Positions 38,401 through 50,684 of a DNA stretch of 64,000 nt are shown one piece after another (positions within the stretch are counted from its first letter, which is position 1; the number at the start of each line of letters is the position of its first letter). The stretch spans positions 5,518,001-5,582,000 of the forward strand of contig OU015569.1 in assembly GCA_907165135.1 (NCBI GenBank), in the 5' to 3' direction. Made by a program: the position numbers and the translations under genes. The notes under the pieces are model-generated. The model made no database searches. It was given only the letters and a program-made list of their open reading frames with translations, and was not told where the DNA came from. Origin of the DNA: Oikopleura dioica. Taxonomy: Eukaryota > Animalia > Chordata.

Positions 38401-41302
38401 GGATGTATGCAAAAACCGAGTACAAAAACGGCAACACCACGTGGCTCTCTGCTGCCTGTAAATACTTGCACGAGTTCGAACCGGATGCTATCAACGATCA
38501 GTTAGACTTCTATTTAACTTTAATTGACTCTCGCGACTGTGCCTCTTGGCTGTGTGCTGCCAGTGCGGCAATAATACGCTACTTGCTCGAACATTGTCTT
38601 AATTCGCACTACCCACCAGCGTCGCTGAATAACGTTATTTGTTCGCTTACAAAGATAGTGCAGCAATCTCATAAAGCAAAAAACAGTCCTACTTTGATTG
38701 ATAATGCCTTGTCTGCCCTTCAGTCAATTGTGGCTCGAGCTGCCACTTTATTCAGCCCTGGTGACAGTCGCTCCTCGAGCCCGGTCTACTCAAATCTGAT
38801 GCCCGGGCGCGTGCTTGACTTTGAAGTCGATTATAATGAGGTCGATGAAGTGCGACGGCCACTAGTCCCCTGGAAACGCAATCCGACAGGTCGAGAAGTG
38901 AAGAAAAAACTCCGTTACATTGCTCACAATTCAATCATGTCTAACAACACAGTCACTTCCCGTCCTCCTTCCGTACATAATATCTCGGGAAAAGGTGACT
39001 ATGTCGATTCTGATCCTGGAGTGATAAAAGGCAATAATTTGGCGAGTTCTATTAGCGAGTCAAACGCAGCAATGTCAACTGAAGAAGGGCACGAAGACGA
39101 CACTAAGACAAATGGAGAGCACTTCGAGTCCCAAATCATGAAGGATTTTGATTTCCTCTACGATGACTCCACTGCCGGTAATACCGTTGATTATCTCTAC
39201 GAATATGATGATTTCACCAGTGATCCGAAGCCTTTCAGGTTGTTCTCTGCTGTTTTAAAATTTTAACTCTTCTTTAGTCCTAGACACGATTCTGCACACG
39301 ATACCGAGAGGGAAAACGAGCTCAAAGATGTCGAAGACAAGGAAGAGAACGATGACGAGATTGACTTGCGTTACCCTTCGGAGTCTGATAATAAGATAGA
39401 CATGATAGGTAAAATAAAGTAAAAGAGGATGGTCATAACAAGATATAAGATCTACGACCTGGCAATTCCAACTCTCAAGAGGATTCTGACCCAGTTATCA
39501 TGAAGCCTGTCAAGGAAAAGCTTAGAATATATTTTAGGCTATTCTCTACGGAAAATATTTTCTATATCTAAAGTAGCAAAAAAAGAAGAAGGAAGAGCGT
39601 CGCAGACGAGAGCGTGTTCTTGAAATGATGGAGTTCGATGGCAACTCTTCGGATACGTCGACCCAGAGCAAATCAAGAACATTTGTCTCGCCTCTCAAAA
39701 ATAAAACACTGTCGGTTCACCGGACAAAAAAAGTATCTACAAGCAGCCATGCGACGACGAGGCCACTCTCCAGGTGCATGATCAGAAAAATTAACATTTA
39801 TTAATGTTAATTGTAGCATGTCTGAGAGTAACTTCTCTGAACTTGAGCTTCCGTGGTGTTCCACTCTACCTCTGTCCCCTTCTCTAAAACATCGTTGGCA
39901 AAAGCTTATCGAAAAGGGTGATAATTTAGCAGCACTTCCTCTTTTTCCAAACATTTGGAACGCTTTACGCGCTTCCACCAACTGGATTCTCTCAAGCACA
40001 AAAGATCAGATGAAGAGCCCAAGCACAAGTTCTGTTATCGTCGAGATCGACCAGCGTTTCCGCGAAATTTGCCAAGTGATGAACGAGCTCTGCCCTTCAA
40101 TTGTGTTTGCCACCAAAAGCGCAATCAACGAAGAAATGACAACCACTCTTGCGTTGGGAATTTCGAAGCTGTCTCATGGACTCGAGAACTTCGCCATTCA
40201 CGATACCAATACCCGTAATTGCATGGACTACATGAACTCTAAAGACCTCGCAAAGGTATCCAGGTTGATAATCTAAGGCGAAAATGTAAACAAAGAAATG
40301 ATTTTTCTATCTTAAATTTCAGAGGCTCCGAGCACGCCTAGTAAGTTAACTGTTTCAATGTAGCATGGGACTTATATTTGAGTGTTCGGCGAAACTGCCT
40401 GTTTTCGCTGATTGTGTATTTGTTCCCTCTATAACACTATTTCTAGCAACTAGAATACTGCAAGCTACTCTATCTCCTATTCTTCCAACTGAATCAGATC
40501 CTCATGGAGTACGATGAGGTGAGCTTTCTTTTTTCTTCAAAAATATATAATAAACCAAGATCACGAGACAAGTTTACAACGGACGAAACTTGAGCCACAC
40601 TGATCTCAGTCGAAAGATGAATACTCTAATGAGCTTTTTCGAAAACTGTTTCAACTCCCATCGTAAGTGTTTGCTTGAAAGGCTTGTATAAAATGTGATT
40701 AGCGGACATGAAACACTTCGAACTACTCAGCCCTGATCCACAAGAAGTTTTTGGCTGTGCGGAAATGGGAGATGTTGGTGGTGTATTGGAGATCGTTCAG
40801 AAATATGGAAAAACAACTGCTGCTGCATCACCTGAGTCCGGAGCGTTTTTTGCACTCGCTGCGTAAGTCTGTTTTAAATTTTCATGAGTATTTATTTTTT
40901 GTAGCTCCTGCTTCCTGGGAATGAGCAAAGAAGGCGTGCCAGAGGTAGCGCGTACGGCTAGATGGCAGCAACTCGACGCTGGAAAGAAGTTTCAGACAAT
41001 TTCTAACCGCCTGTTGGAGGTGGATAGATTCATCAAGGTTTGAATTATATAAACTTTAAGTGACTTTTGCAATAATTAATTCAGGCACAGATCCGCAACG
41101 CGGAAGCTGAAAGCCGGTCGGGTTCGCGCCGCGGGCGTCGCCAGAGCTCGACGAATTCTTTCGTCCAAACGCGTATGAGTGTGGAGGACCTGGAGACGGA
41201 CAATTCGACTTCGCTTTACTCGCGCAGTCTCAATAACGATCAGGTATTTATCCTCACGAGAAGCGAGAAAGTCGAACACCTTTATATTTATAGAAATATT
41301 AG
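32473..41302 (+). CDS. FRY: Furry / Furry-like scaffold (3' end approximate)
   Basis: GELVLQKLFLDFVRVADKRI..RGRDTEFDRLLTALGQMAEYCLSSVIRHAFDW, YFKVKMYPIEDF, SLECVSRLVWVY, HPITCRAVQLYRSL, HEFRMALKL match FRY/Tao3 conserved blocks. Confidence 0.92.
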
Positions 41303-41922
41303 CTTGTAGCCGTGGTGAGTTTAATAAGCAATCAAAATATGAAAGTATACGCACCTGAAATCACTCACGAGTATCAAATTAAACTCTGTACCTATCATAA
41401 ACCTCTTAAACATAAATTTTTCACCAAATAACGTGGATTCGGAACAGAGCCACAGAATCATATGTTCAAATCAAGACATTTATCATTCTTCCCCTTTTTT
41501 TGCAAACTAAAATCGACTATTCAGATAACCAAAGATGGCAAAGAAAAAAGGAAAAAGCGCCGTCCGAATATCCATCGGCGTACAAGTTTCTAACGCACCA
41601 GAGCTAAACCAGAGCAATTTTCTTCAACAACAACGTTTACCATTCCGATTCAACTTAACTATTTAAATATCTCTTCAACTTTTGCTACATTTCTTCCAGC
41701 AAACGATTCGTTCATATTCATTTATATTTATATAAAATCTTTTGACTCCGTCTCATCTTAAATAAATCGCTCAATAACTTCACGCACTCATTATGTTCTT
41801 AATATGATAATAACATATTATTTACAAAAATTGTCAAGAACCGAATAAGTCGCAGCAGGGATAGGAGTAAGTTTAAAAAGTTATCTGGTAATGTCGTGAA
41901 TGAGACAGAAAAGAACGAAGTT

Positions 41923-43947
41923 CTAGTTCATATCTGCCATAGGAATTGCTGCATTTATCCTCGTTCGGATCTCGTCTTCAGTCATATTTGGAGTAGAAGC
42001 ATTGAATTGTATCCTTTTTGTGTTATTCTTATCGCTCAGGTCAAAAGCAGTGACTGTCGAATCCTGGGTTGCAAATTGTACCATAAATTAGACGACGTTA
42101 GCTTTTAATATTTCTGGAAAAAACAAATGAAACGTGCCTGAAATTATTTGCAACCCTAGACAAGAGGCGACTCGCATTAAGTTCAAATGAAACTTCAAAA
42201 ATATCAAAAATACGTTTCGCTTTGATGAAAGATACCTTCTACTTTCGGCTGTTCGATGGGTCCTTTTTCGCATTGAATAGTTATCTGCTGGATTTTGACT
42301 TCTTTCTTTATATCCGGATCTTGCGTGTCTTCAATTTGGTAGATAGGTATAATGACCTCGGTCTGGTCCGGGCTGTAAGTAAAAAACTTTTGTGTGACGG
42401 CGGGAGACGGGATGGCCGATCCTTTTTCGATCAGCTTTGTTACGAACGCCCCTCTATTGATTAGGTTATGCGAATGAAACGCTATTAATTGACTCACTGG
42501 TCTTCTTCAACTCTAACTCCAAACGTGAATGGATTGATGTCCACAAGAGTTAAGTCTTGAAGTGCCTGGTTTCCGTTTCGTTTGGCAGCGAGAATCGCGC
42601 AGCCCATTGCGACTGCCTCATCCACGTTGATTGAAAAGTCAAATTTTGTCCTTAAATTGTTTAAAATGAAAGACTTAAATGGAGAAATACTTTTGAGGAA
42701 AGTACTCTTTCAACATTGCCTGAATTTTGGGAATACGTGTCGAGCCGCCAACAATGACGACTCTGTCGATTTCCTCTTTTTTGATCTTTGCTCCTTCCAG
42801 ATTGCGAGTGATAATATCGATGGTGTCCTTGAACAAATCGACGCAGAAATTCTCAAACTTCGCTCTTGAGAGTGGGGAGTCATAAATATGATCCCCCACT
42901 TGGAAACTAACATTTGTCTCTCGCTGAACAGTGAGCTCTTTTTTCGCATGTTCCACGACGTCCCGGAGAAACAATCTGTCCCGTTTGTACTTGTCGTCTG
43001 ACATGTCCAGCTTCACTTTATCCCGACGATTTAACTCGAGAATAAGCTTGTTTGCGATCTGGATTTATTCTTGAATTTTCCACAATAAGAGAAAAATCTT
43101 ACTCTGTGGTTGAAATTCTCGCCGCCAAGATGAGAGTTCCCGTCGACTGCGATAACTTTCAAACCCTGATTCTCCTCTACTTGAATTATCGTGGCATCGA
43201 AAGTTCCGCCGCCGAGATCATAAACGAGAATCTTATTTCCAGTGCTGAGTCTATTTTTATGTCCATATGCGATCGCTGCTGCGATGGGTTCGTGGACGAT
43301 CTGGAGAACTTCTAAGCCAGCGATTCTAGCAGCGTCTTCGGGGGATTTTTATGAATTCAAAAAATATGAGCTCACCTTCTGTCGCCCGAATACGTCTCGC
43401 ATTAAAATACGCAGGGACGGAAATAACTGCCTTTGTAATTCCTTGTATTCCCAACGCTTTCTCCGCTAGAAATTTTTCTCTACTAGTGAAAAAATTATGT
43501 GCAATACCGTCCAATCTGACTTTCCGGAGAATCTCTGAAGCAATTTCTTCCGGAGAAAAATTTCGCCTTTTGCCTCTTTCGTTCACTTGAAATTTCAACT
43601 TGCCGTTTTCGTCGATCGGCTGCTGCCAGGGCAAGTGGAGGTTGTCAATCTCTACTTCTTCGTCTTTCGGTGATCGACCCATGTATCGCTTTGCGAGAAG
43701 AATTACATCCTCGGGATTAGAACGCATTCTTTCATAAGCGATGTTTCCAATAATCAAGCCCTTTTCTGTGTACATAACGCAGCTTTTCATAAGTCGATCT
43801 CCCTATTTTTACTTTATTCTTTTATGAGCGATTTCATGGTACCTCTGCATTTTGCAAGACCTCCGCGTTATTGCGCCGATAAACTGCGAAGACTGTATGT
43901 GTTGTTCCCAAATCTATTCCAATCGCGTACTCATTTTCATCCGTCAT
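41923..43947 (-). CDS. divergent Hsp70-family protein lacking the C-terminal lid and EEVD
   Basis: Spliced IGIDLGTT, VISVPAYFN, AARIAGLEVLQIVHEPIAAAIAYG, YDLGGGTFD, HLGGENF, VVIVGGSTRIPKIQ, INVDEAVAMGCA; ends ...NMTEDEIRTRINAAIPMADMN-stop. Confidence 0.85.
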
Positions 43948-44448
43948 TTCTCTCTCCTTCAAAAATTATTCTCGGATGAGTTTTCCCTTTTCAATGGCGT
44001 TTTTGATTGAACGAATAGTTTGCTCAAAAATGCAGATAAGGTAAATATTTGAGGTAGAAAGATTACGCCGTAAGAATGACGTCCTCATACATTCTTTTAT
44101 CCTTCATTTTGATATCTTGATAAATTTGATCATTTTTTTTTGTTTTCGAATTCAATTTCATGGGTACTTCCAATTACTGTAATTTGAATTTAAATAAGAA
44201 AAATGCTAGTTTACAGCTTAGGATTAGTATCAAAACTTTTTCCGTTGACAATTGCTGCGGAGAAAGAAAAGTTTTCCGAAATTGGCTTGTTTTGGACATT
44301 GGGCGCTTCTAGATGTACTTTCGAGCCGATAGGCCCCGGCGCGGGAGCTAATTTCTCCAAAAAGTGAAAAAAGTTTTTCATTTCGCTTTTGACTGAAAAC
44401 GAAAATCATTCAAAAAAAAAGAGATTTCCGGCCTTCTTCTTCTTGGAC

Positions 44449-45495
44449 ATGGAGGAATTCTACGACAACAGCTCTACCACCTGCACCTTCGGCGACTACA
44501 GCTCTTTGATCAACAACACCAACTTCCTTTCTCCACTCCCTCAGGTAATAAAAGCCGTTTGTATCTTTGAAAATGATCTTTTTCAGGGTGAAGAAGTCCG
44601 AACCTTGTACATCACCGGTCTCCCAGCGGACATCAAGCGACGGGAAATTCGAGTCCTTTTCCGAAACGTTCCCGGTAAGAATCGATAAGAATTTTTTTGT
44701 TAAAAATTTGACTTGCAGGATATGAGGGAGCGATCATCGCTGGGCCACCTGCTCACAAACCCCACGGACACCCGATTGCCTTTGCAACTTTCACCACTGT
44801 CGAAGCTGCTAGAAGCGCAATGAACAGCTTCAATGGCTTCCAGCTTGACCAGGAAAGCACCTTGCGTTTGAAAATCGAGTTTGCCAAGGTAAAAACTCTT
44901 TCCGTAGAAGAGAATTTTCTCAGACAGGTCTAATGATCTTTAGGCTAACACAAAATGCAATGTTCGACCGAGAAACGAGCTATTTCCAATGGGAATTCGA
45001 GAATTGGATGAAGCACCGTACTTCTCCCTGTCACCGAAAGCCTCTCCATACAGCATGGCGGGTTCTCCTCCAGACCAACTTGCTCCTGTTCTTCGAGTTG
45101 CGCCTGTCTACCCAGTTCAGGAGCATTTTTCCCCTCCGATGATTTCTCCCGCTCCTCAACCAGTTTTCTGGTATGTCATTCGATATCTCCTTTTCCTTTA
45201 AATAATTTTACAGCGTTTACGTTACAAACATCAAGCCGGGACTATCTCAAATGGAGCTTGAGAGCGCATTCAGCAGCTTTCCTGGGATCGTCATTTTGAG
45301 ACAATCTATGTAAGAGCGCCATCATTGACCAATTTATGAAATGTTTCTAGTAATGCTTCGTGGCTCTGCATTCAAAGCACCTCCTCGCAAGTTCTCGCGT
45401 ACTTGTCCGACTGCATCAGTCGAAAATGCATCGTCAACAACATCGAGATCGGCCTCTCTCCTGGATTAAACGTCTTGGATGTCTCTAGCACTTGA
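44449..45495 (+). CDS. RBPMS/couch potato/MEC-8-like RRM protein
   Basis: [63 protein letters not shown]; a second degenerate RRM follows (VYVTNIKP). Confidence 0.8.
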
Positions 45496-45909
45496 TTTCC
45501 ACACTCATCAAGTCATCTTTTACAGTAGTCACTTATCAACACTTTCTTCTAATTTTAGTTTAGCTTCTTAAATATTTTCTCCCTTCATCAACTTATCCAT
45601 TGTCATACCCACTAGTCAAAACACTCAAAGTCACTGTTTACTGTATTTCATTCTAACTCGAAACTACTGTCATTAAACACAATCGCACCAAGACGTTTGA
45701 ATGATTTATCTCAAAAGCAGCATTGCAATGAAATTGCAAGCGAGCAGTGTTTCGTGTTTTCGGGAATCAGAAATTGAACGTTTATCAGATTTAGCCAGCT
45801 TCCCACGAGTTCAATGGGATGCAGAGAATCTAGTTTTACCGGCCGAACAATTTTTATTCTTGATCAAAGATGCACAAACTCGCTCTCAATAATGTTTGTC
45901 GTTAAGATT

Positions 45910-46830
45910 ATGGAGAATGTGCTTCTTCACGAAACAAAAACTGAACCCATGGAGGTAAAAGAGGAGCCAACTGAAATCATCGAGGACCCGAGCACAACGG
46001 CGGTGAAAATGGAGATGGATAGCGAAGAAGACAGCGAGCCAGAATTTCACGTGTCAAATAAAAACCCAGAAAAACTTCTTGAAGAGTCAGACGATGAGGC
46101 TTCTATTCCGCCGAAATCAATCGCTTCGGAGCTTGGTATTCGTTCGAAGACTATTTTTCAAGGTAAACAAGCTCCGTGAATAATTATTTTCAATCCTTTG
46201 CGTACAGAATGCAAAGATACAGTACGACTTGCTGGGAAAGCTGCTGTGAACCTTGCGATTGAACTTGAAATGGCTAGAGACGACCACGTTATCAAAAATC
46301 ACTACGATTTTAACAGCCCAGCTTCGTACAACGGAATATTGACAAAAGAGAATGCGGCTGGGAGAAATCACTGCACGGAAAATCACTTTTTCAAATCGTT
46401 GCCTAAATGGGTGATAAAACAACTTCAACAGCCAAACTTGCTTCCCGTTATTTACAAATTCAAGTAAGAAACTTTGTTTCTCTTTTTTCAAACTCCGAAT
46501 TGAAGCGGCCCTAGTGATCTATCACTTGCCAAAGGGAACCCTTTTGGATCTATTGCGGTAGCCTTTCTCATCAGCCAGATAGGCCTATACGACGTTATTG
46601 GGCCAAAAGCATTCGTGTCCGGCTTCAATCAGCTCTATCGAACAATGTTCACCAAGCCACCAGGAGCACCAGAAGAAACATTACCTCCAGAACACCCCGT
46701 ACGAAGATTTGACTGTCTTTCTTTGGATGAAAATGAAAAAGTAGAGTTCTTGGAAAACGAAAGCCGATGCGCGCTTTATAAATCGCAATGTTTCACCTTT
46801 GTTTCTGCATTGAGTTCAGACTCAGATTAA
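45910..46830 (+). CDS. unknown protein with acidic N-terminus
   Basis: Three phase-compatible exons (MENVLLHETKTEPMEVKEE.., ECKDTVRL.., GPSDLSLAKGNPFG..); no family recognised. Confidence 0.5.
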
Positions 46831-46943
46831 AGTTCTCTGCAAATAAAAAAAATATTTTTCATGCTCATAGTTCGAAATTCGGCGAACTTACTTAGTTCAA
46901 CCATTTTTCGTGTGTAACTCGCAAATGTAGTTTTAGGATTGGT

Positions 46944-46959
46944 AGCCCTTAAAAGGGCT
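46944..46959 (-). promoter_or_regulatory. histone 3' stem-loop
   Basis: Minus strand reads AAAAACC-AGCCCT-TTTA-AGGGCT-ACCAA, 24 nt after the H2A stop: 6 bp stem, 4 nt loop and flanks as in replication-dependent histone mRNAs. Confidence 0.88.
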
Positions 46960-46983
46960 GGTTTTTTGGCTGTTAGTGGAGTT

Positions 46984-47502
46984 TTATTTCTGCCACTCGC
47001 TGGTAGAAGGCTTGGTTCGTGGAAGGAGGTTGGGATGAATGTGAGGCGTCACGCCTCCTTGAGCAAAGGTGACGTTGCCAACGAGCGCCTTGAGCTCCTC
47101 ATCCTGATTGACAGCGAGCTGTATGTATCGAGGAGAGATTCGCTTTTGCTTGTTGTCACGAGCAGCGTTGCCGGATAGCTCGAGGACTTCGGCGCAGAGG
47201 TACTCGACGACCGCAGCGATGTAGATTGGAGCGCCGAGAGTCACCTTGTTGTTGGCGTTCATCTGCCTCATTGTCCGCTTCATCTTGTGGACTGGGAGTT
47301 GAAGGCCACTCATTTCTTGAATGTTCTTCGCTTTTTTGCCCTTCACTCGCATCGCTCGCATTTTCGCCATCTTCTCTTTCGCCGCTTCGGATCCTTTGAC
47401 GAAGGTCGAAGCGTCGGTAGAGACGGAAGAATTGCTGGTAGAAGCGGCATCCGAAGAGACAGAGTCATCCAAAGCTTGCTTCTTCTTGTTGGATCTGGCC
47501 AT
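46984..47502 (-). CDS. H2A: divergent histone H2A variant with long N-terminal extension (172 aa, intronless)
   Basis: GLQLPV..GAPIYIAAVVEYLCAEVLELSGNAARDNKQKRISPRYIQLAVNQDEELKALVGNVTFAQGGVTPHIHPNLLP is the H2A histone fold and docking domain. Confidence 0.93.
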   Translation of the reverse strand: MARSNKKKQALDDSVSSDAASTSNSSVSTDASTFVKGSEAAKEKMAKMRAMRVKGKKAKNIQEMSGLQLPVHKMKRTMRQMNANNKVTLGAPIYIAAVVEYLCAEVLELSGNAARDNKQKRISPRYIQLAVNQDEELKALVGNVTFAQGGVTPHIHPNLLPRTKPSTSEWQK

Positions 47503-47580
47503 GTTGAAAAATCAAAGTTTATTTTACGTCTCGGACCAGAGAAAGAGACTCTTCACTGTGATTTCTGGCCGCCCAGGCAG

Positions 47581-47739
47581 CCTTTTTATACCCAGGGTTT
47601 CGGATGGATCCGGAGGAGTGTATTGCGAAATATGGGTTGTCTCCCACACGGGTTTCCATCACCGCGGCATGCGCGAAAAACAAAATCTGGAAAGAGTGCT
47701 TCCCACCCGAGAATGTGACGAAATATGGGTTGTCTCCCA
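47581..47739 (-). promoter_or_regulatory. H2A promoter: TATA box and two 20 bp direct repeats
   Basis: TATAAAAAGG (minus strand) at 47581-47590; GAAATATGGGTTGTCTCCCA occurs at 47627-47646 and 47720-47739. Confidence 0.6.
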
Positions 47740-48120
47740 TGCATGGTTCCTGCGCCGCGCCCAACACGAAGCTAAGAGTCTTGAAAGTGAGCTTCTCACC
47801 TAAGAATCAGGCGAAATATAATTCTGTGAAGATGTGCTTTAGTTGTTATAATAGACATTTTTTTACAATTTCAAAAACGTCACTGATAAACTGCTCTAAC
47901 AAAAATAATTAACTAATAAGCAAGAGCCTGCACTCCTGCAATAACCATACATGCACACTCGTTGTTAGCTTTCTGCAACAATAAAATGTCAGTAACTGTT
48001 TTCAAAATTTTGAATGAAAATGTATTGTCGCGAAGATGAATTCTCAAAGGCTCTTGAGGAGGGACAAGCATTGTCCAACAAATCTAATTCCATTCTACTT
48101 AATAAGCATTTTAGAGCTTC

Positions 48121-49689
48121 ATGAAACAGGGTTATTTATTTTTCGTAGTTTTCATTCTTGTTGAAAAGAAGAGAGTACTAGCACAGTGCGGTGGCAGCAT
48201 CCAAGATGGATCGAGTGCAATAGAGCCTCCAATGGATCCTGGAAATCCTGCTAGATATGATACGGGTCTTAAATTTAGAATGTAAAGACTAGCATTACCA
48301 TCAGTTTTAGACTATATAACTTATAGTGGAAATCCGGCCCAAATTATATGACATATAAATAAATCATACATAATGACAAATTAAATACCTAAGCGCCCCG
48401 AATAAAGCAAACAATGAAGAATGTCAGTGGACTATCGGAAATCCCTCCCTTCAAATTCTCCTCAGAGTGAGTTCAGTATTTGGGGTTGAAAACGACGGAA
48501 GATGTCGCTGGGATTACGTTCAAGCTAGAGCTCGAAACACACATGAATGTCATCTGTAAATTATGTTGAGCTCTTTACAGTAACTGCCGCGGGAACACTT
48601 CAAGGAAAATACTGTGGAGAAGGAACGGGCTTTGCTGGCGAAGAGTTTCTCTACCAAGGACCAGTTGTCATCGAATGGAAATCTGACGGAGGTGTCAACA
48701 ACATAGGATTTCGTATCGAATACGAAGTTATCTCGGCCGACCCATGTGACAATGTCCAATGTCAAAACGGAGGCACTTGTGATGAAGGAATGTGTGTATG
48801 TCTAGCAGGCTTTGAAGGCGAGCTTTGTCAAGAAAACGTAGACGACTGTATCGACGTCTCCTGCAATAATGGAAGCTGTGTAGATGGAGTCAACGATTTC
48901 TATTGCGATTGTTTTTCCGGATTTACTGGCTATTAAGGATATAAAGATATTTAAATTTTATCTAATAAAAACATGTATTTTTATTTCCCGAAGAGATTCA
49001 TGTGAAATTGACATTGACGACTGCTTTGAAGATGCCTGCCTGAACGGCGGAGAATGTATTGACGATATCAACTTCTTCTGGTGCTTCTGTCCGGAGAATT
49101 TTGGCGGCGATTTCTGCGAAACCTTACTGGATCCCGAAACGGGCTTACCAGATGGGTGCGCTTTTGAGAATTGCGAGAGGCGAGGTGTATGCTCCAATTT
49201 ACAAGATGAACCATGGTTCGAGTGCGAATGTGAACCAGGGGTCCGAGGAACAAGGAAAGTTTGAAACGAACAGAAAAATATAGAAAAATAAGAATAAGAA
49301 TTTTTCGTTTTAAACTTAGCATGGATGCGAAGAAATCTACGGATGCGTTCTTCCATCAAACGAAATTGTGTAAGTCGCTGAATATTTTCGCAGGCTGTCT
49401 ATGAAAGTGTCTAGCCTAATCGGAGGAAGTGTAATTTATGCTTGCTCGTCCGCAGCAGATCCTATGAACTCTACTTGCTTACCCGACGGAACATTTGACA
49501 ATCCACCCAACTGCGATACTGGGAGTTCTAGCGGTAATAAGGCTGTCTTCATGATGTCAGGTATACTTCCTGTGGAAAAGAAAAATGTTTTGCATGAATT
49601 TAGGAGTCTTTCTCACTGGGGTCTGTGTTATCAGTGCAGTATTATTGAAAATGGTAATTTCATCTCCGATTTCTGGTTGGAGGGGATAA
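48121..49689 (+). CDS. CUB + 4 EGF + CCP/sushi-like single-pass membrane protein
   Basis: Signal peptide, CGG..CQWTI..CRWDYVQLF..GKYCG..GFRIEY (CUB), EGF repeats (PCDNVQCQNGGTC, ENVDDC, IDIDDC), a sushi-like segment (GGSVIYAC..TCLPDGTFDNPPNC), TM and a short tail. Confidence 0.8.
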
Positions 49690-50684
49690 CATCATGAAAT
49701 CATTTCTGTTCAATTTGATATATATTTATTTATCTCTAAATAAAAATGTATAAATGGACTTAAGTCTTAAGACAATTAACTAGAGTACAAATGCAATCAA
49801 TGTTTAAATTGATAACCATGAACATTAATTTTTTCTGCCAGGAGTTCGGTCTCTTACACGACTTTTCTCGCATAAGGGACGAAAGAATAATTACATATTA
49901 CTTTTATTTTGAGAATATCAATAATAGAGGTGTGTGTAAATAACATCGCTCAATAATGTTAGCCAGACAGTTCCAACAATTGCCATCGTCCATCTATCGG
50001 CTCGCTAAATTGAGTTCAATTACGTTATGTTGGCAGTGATAAATATACCTGCTTATGGTACTTTCTGAGCCGTCTTCGAATGAGAATTTTCCTGATGACA
50101 TATCGATGTAGCTTATGGTACTCTTCAGTTTGATGTAGAGGACACATCACCTTGTAGTTTCCAATTAACGATGGTGTTAAGTATATCTTCGTTTTGAATA
50201 ATTGATTTATTCGGGCAGCTTCCTTATGATTGATGATGCGATGCTCCATCCCTGATTTAGACTTAGAACTGATTATAGCAAGCAAAAGCAGATCAAAATA
50301 ACTTAAGTTCTAGAAAATACATTTTTAGAGGTAGGTTTGGCTTGCTGAATCTGATAAGGACTGGTGCCCGAGATTGGGAACCGGGATCGATGTAAGTTGA
50401 TGATAAGAGAAAATTATGATTTCGTTTGTTTACACTCAACGATGTCTGTGATTGCGCAATTTACTCAAAATTAGGAATTGAATGAAGTGATCGAAGTGTC
50501 CCTCACCACCAATCGCCATTTATTTGTTCTAAACTACTCCGTTCTTTGTCTACGGGGAGCAACAAAAGGGTTCCGTTTTTAATTTTTTGAGGAGCAAACA
50601 GCGCCAAGCTCGAAGAGGTTTTATAAATCTTCCCATCCAGAGACAGCCGCTTTTATTGTTCCATAAAACGAGAGAGAAAGAGAC

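Noticed and set aside
32754-41354. Many short ORFs overlapping Furry
   Set aside because: Alternative-frame or antisense shadows of a long coding region; the same applies to those over FGFR, H2A, the Gla gene and ADAM10.
42088-43947. Hsp70 as a pseudogene or viral insert
   Set aside because: The spliced frame is open throughout with mostly canonical introns, and there are no flanking viral genes or repeats.
50025-50285. 86 aa minus-strand ORF between the two EGF genes
   Set aside because: No motif, AT-rich intergenic composition and no splice support.
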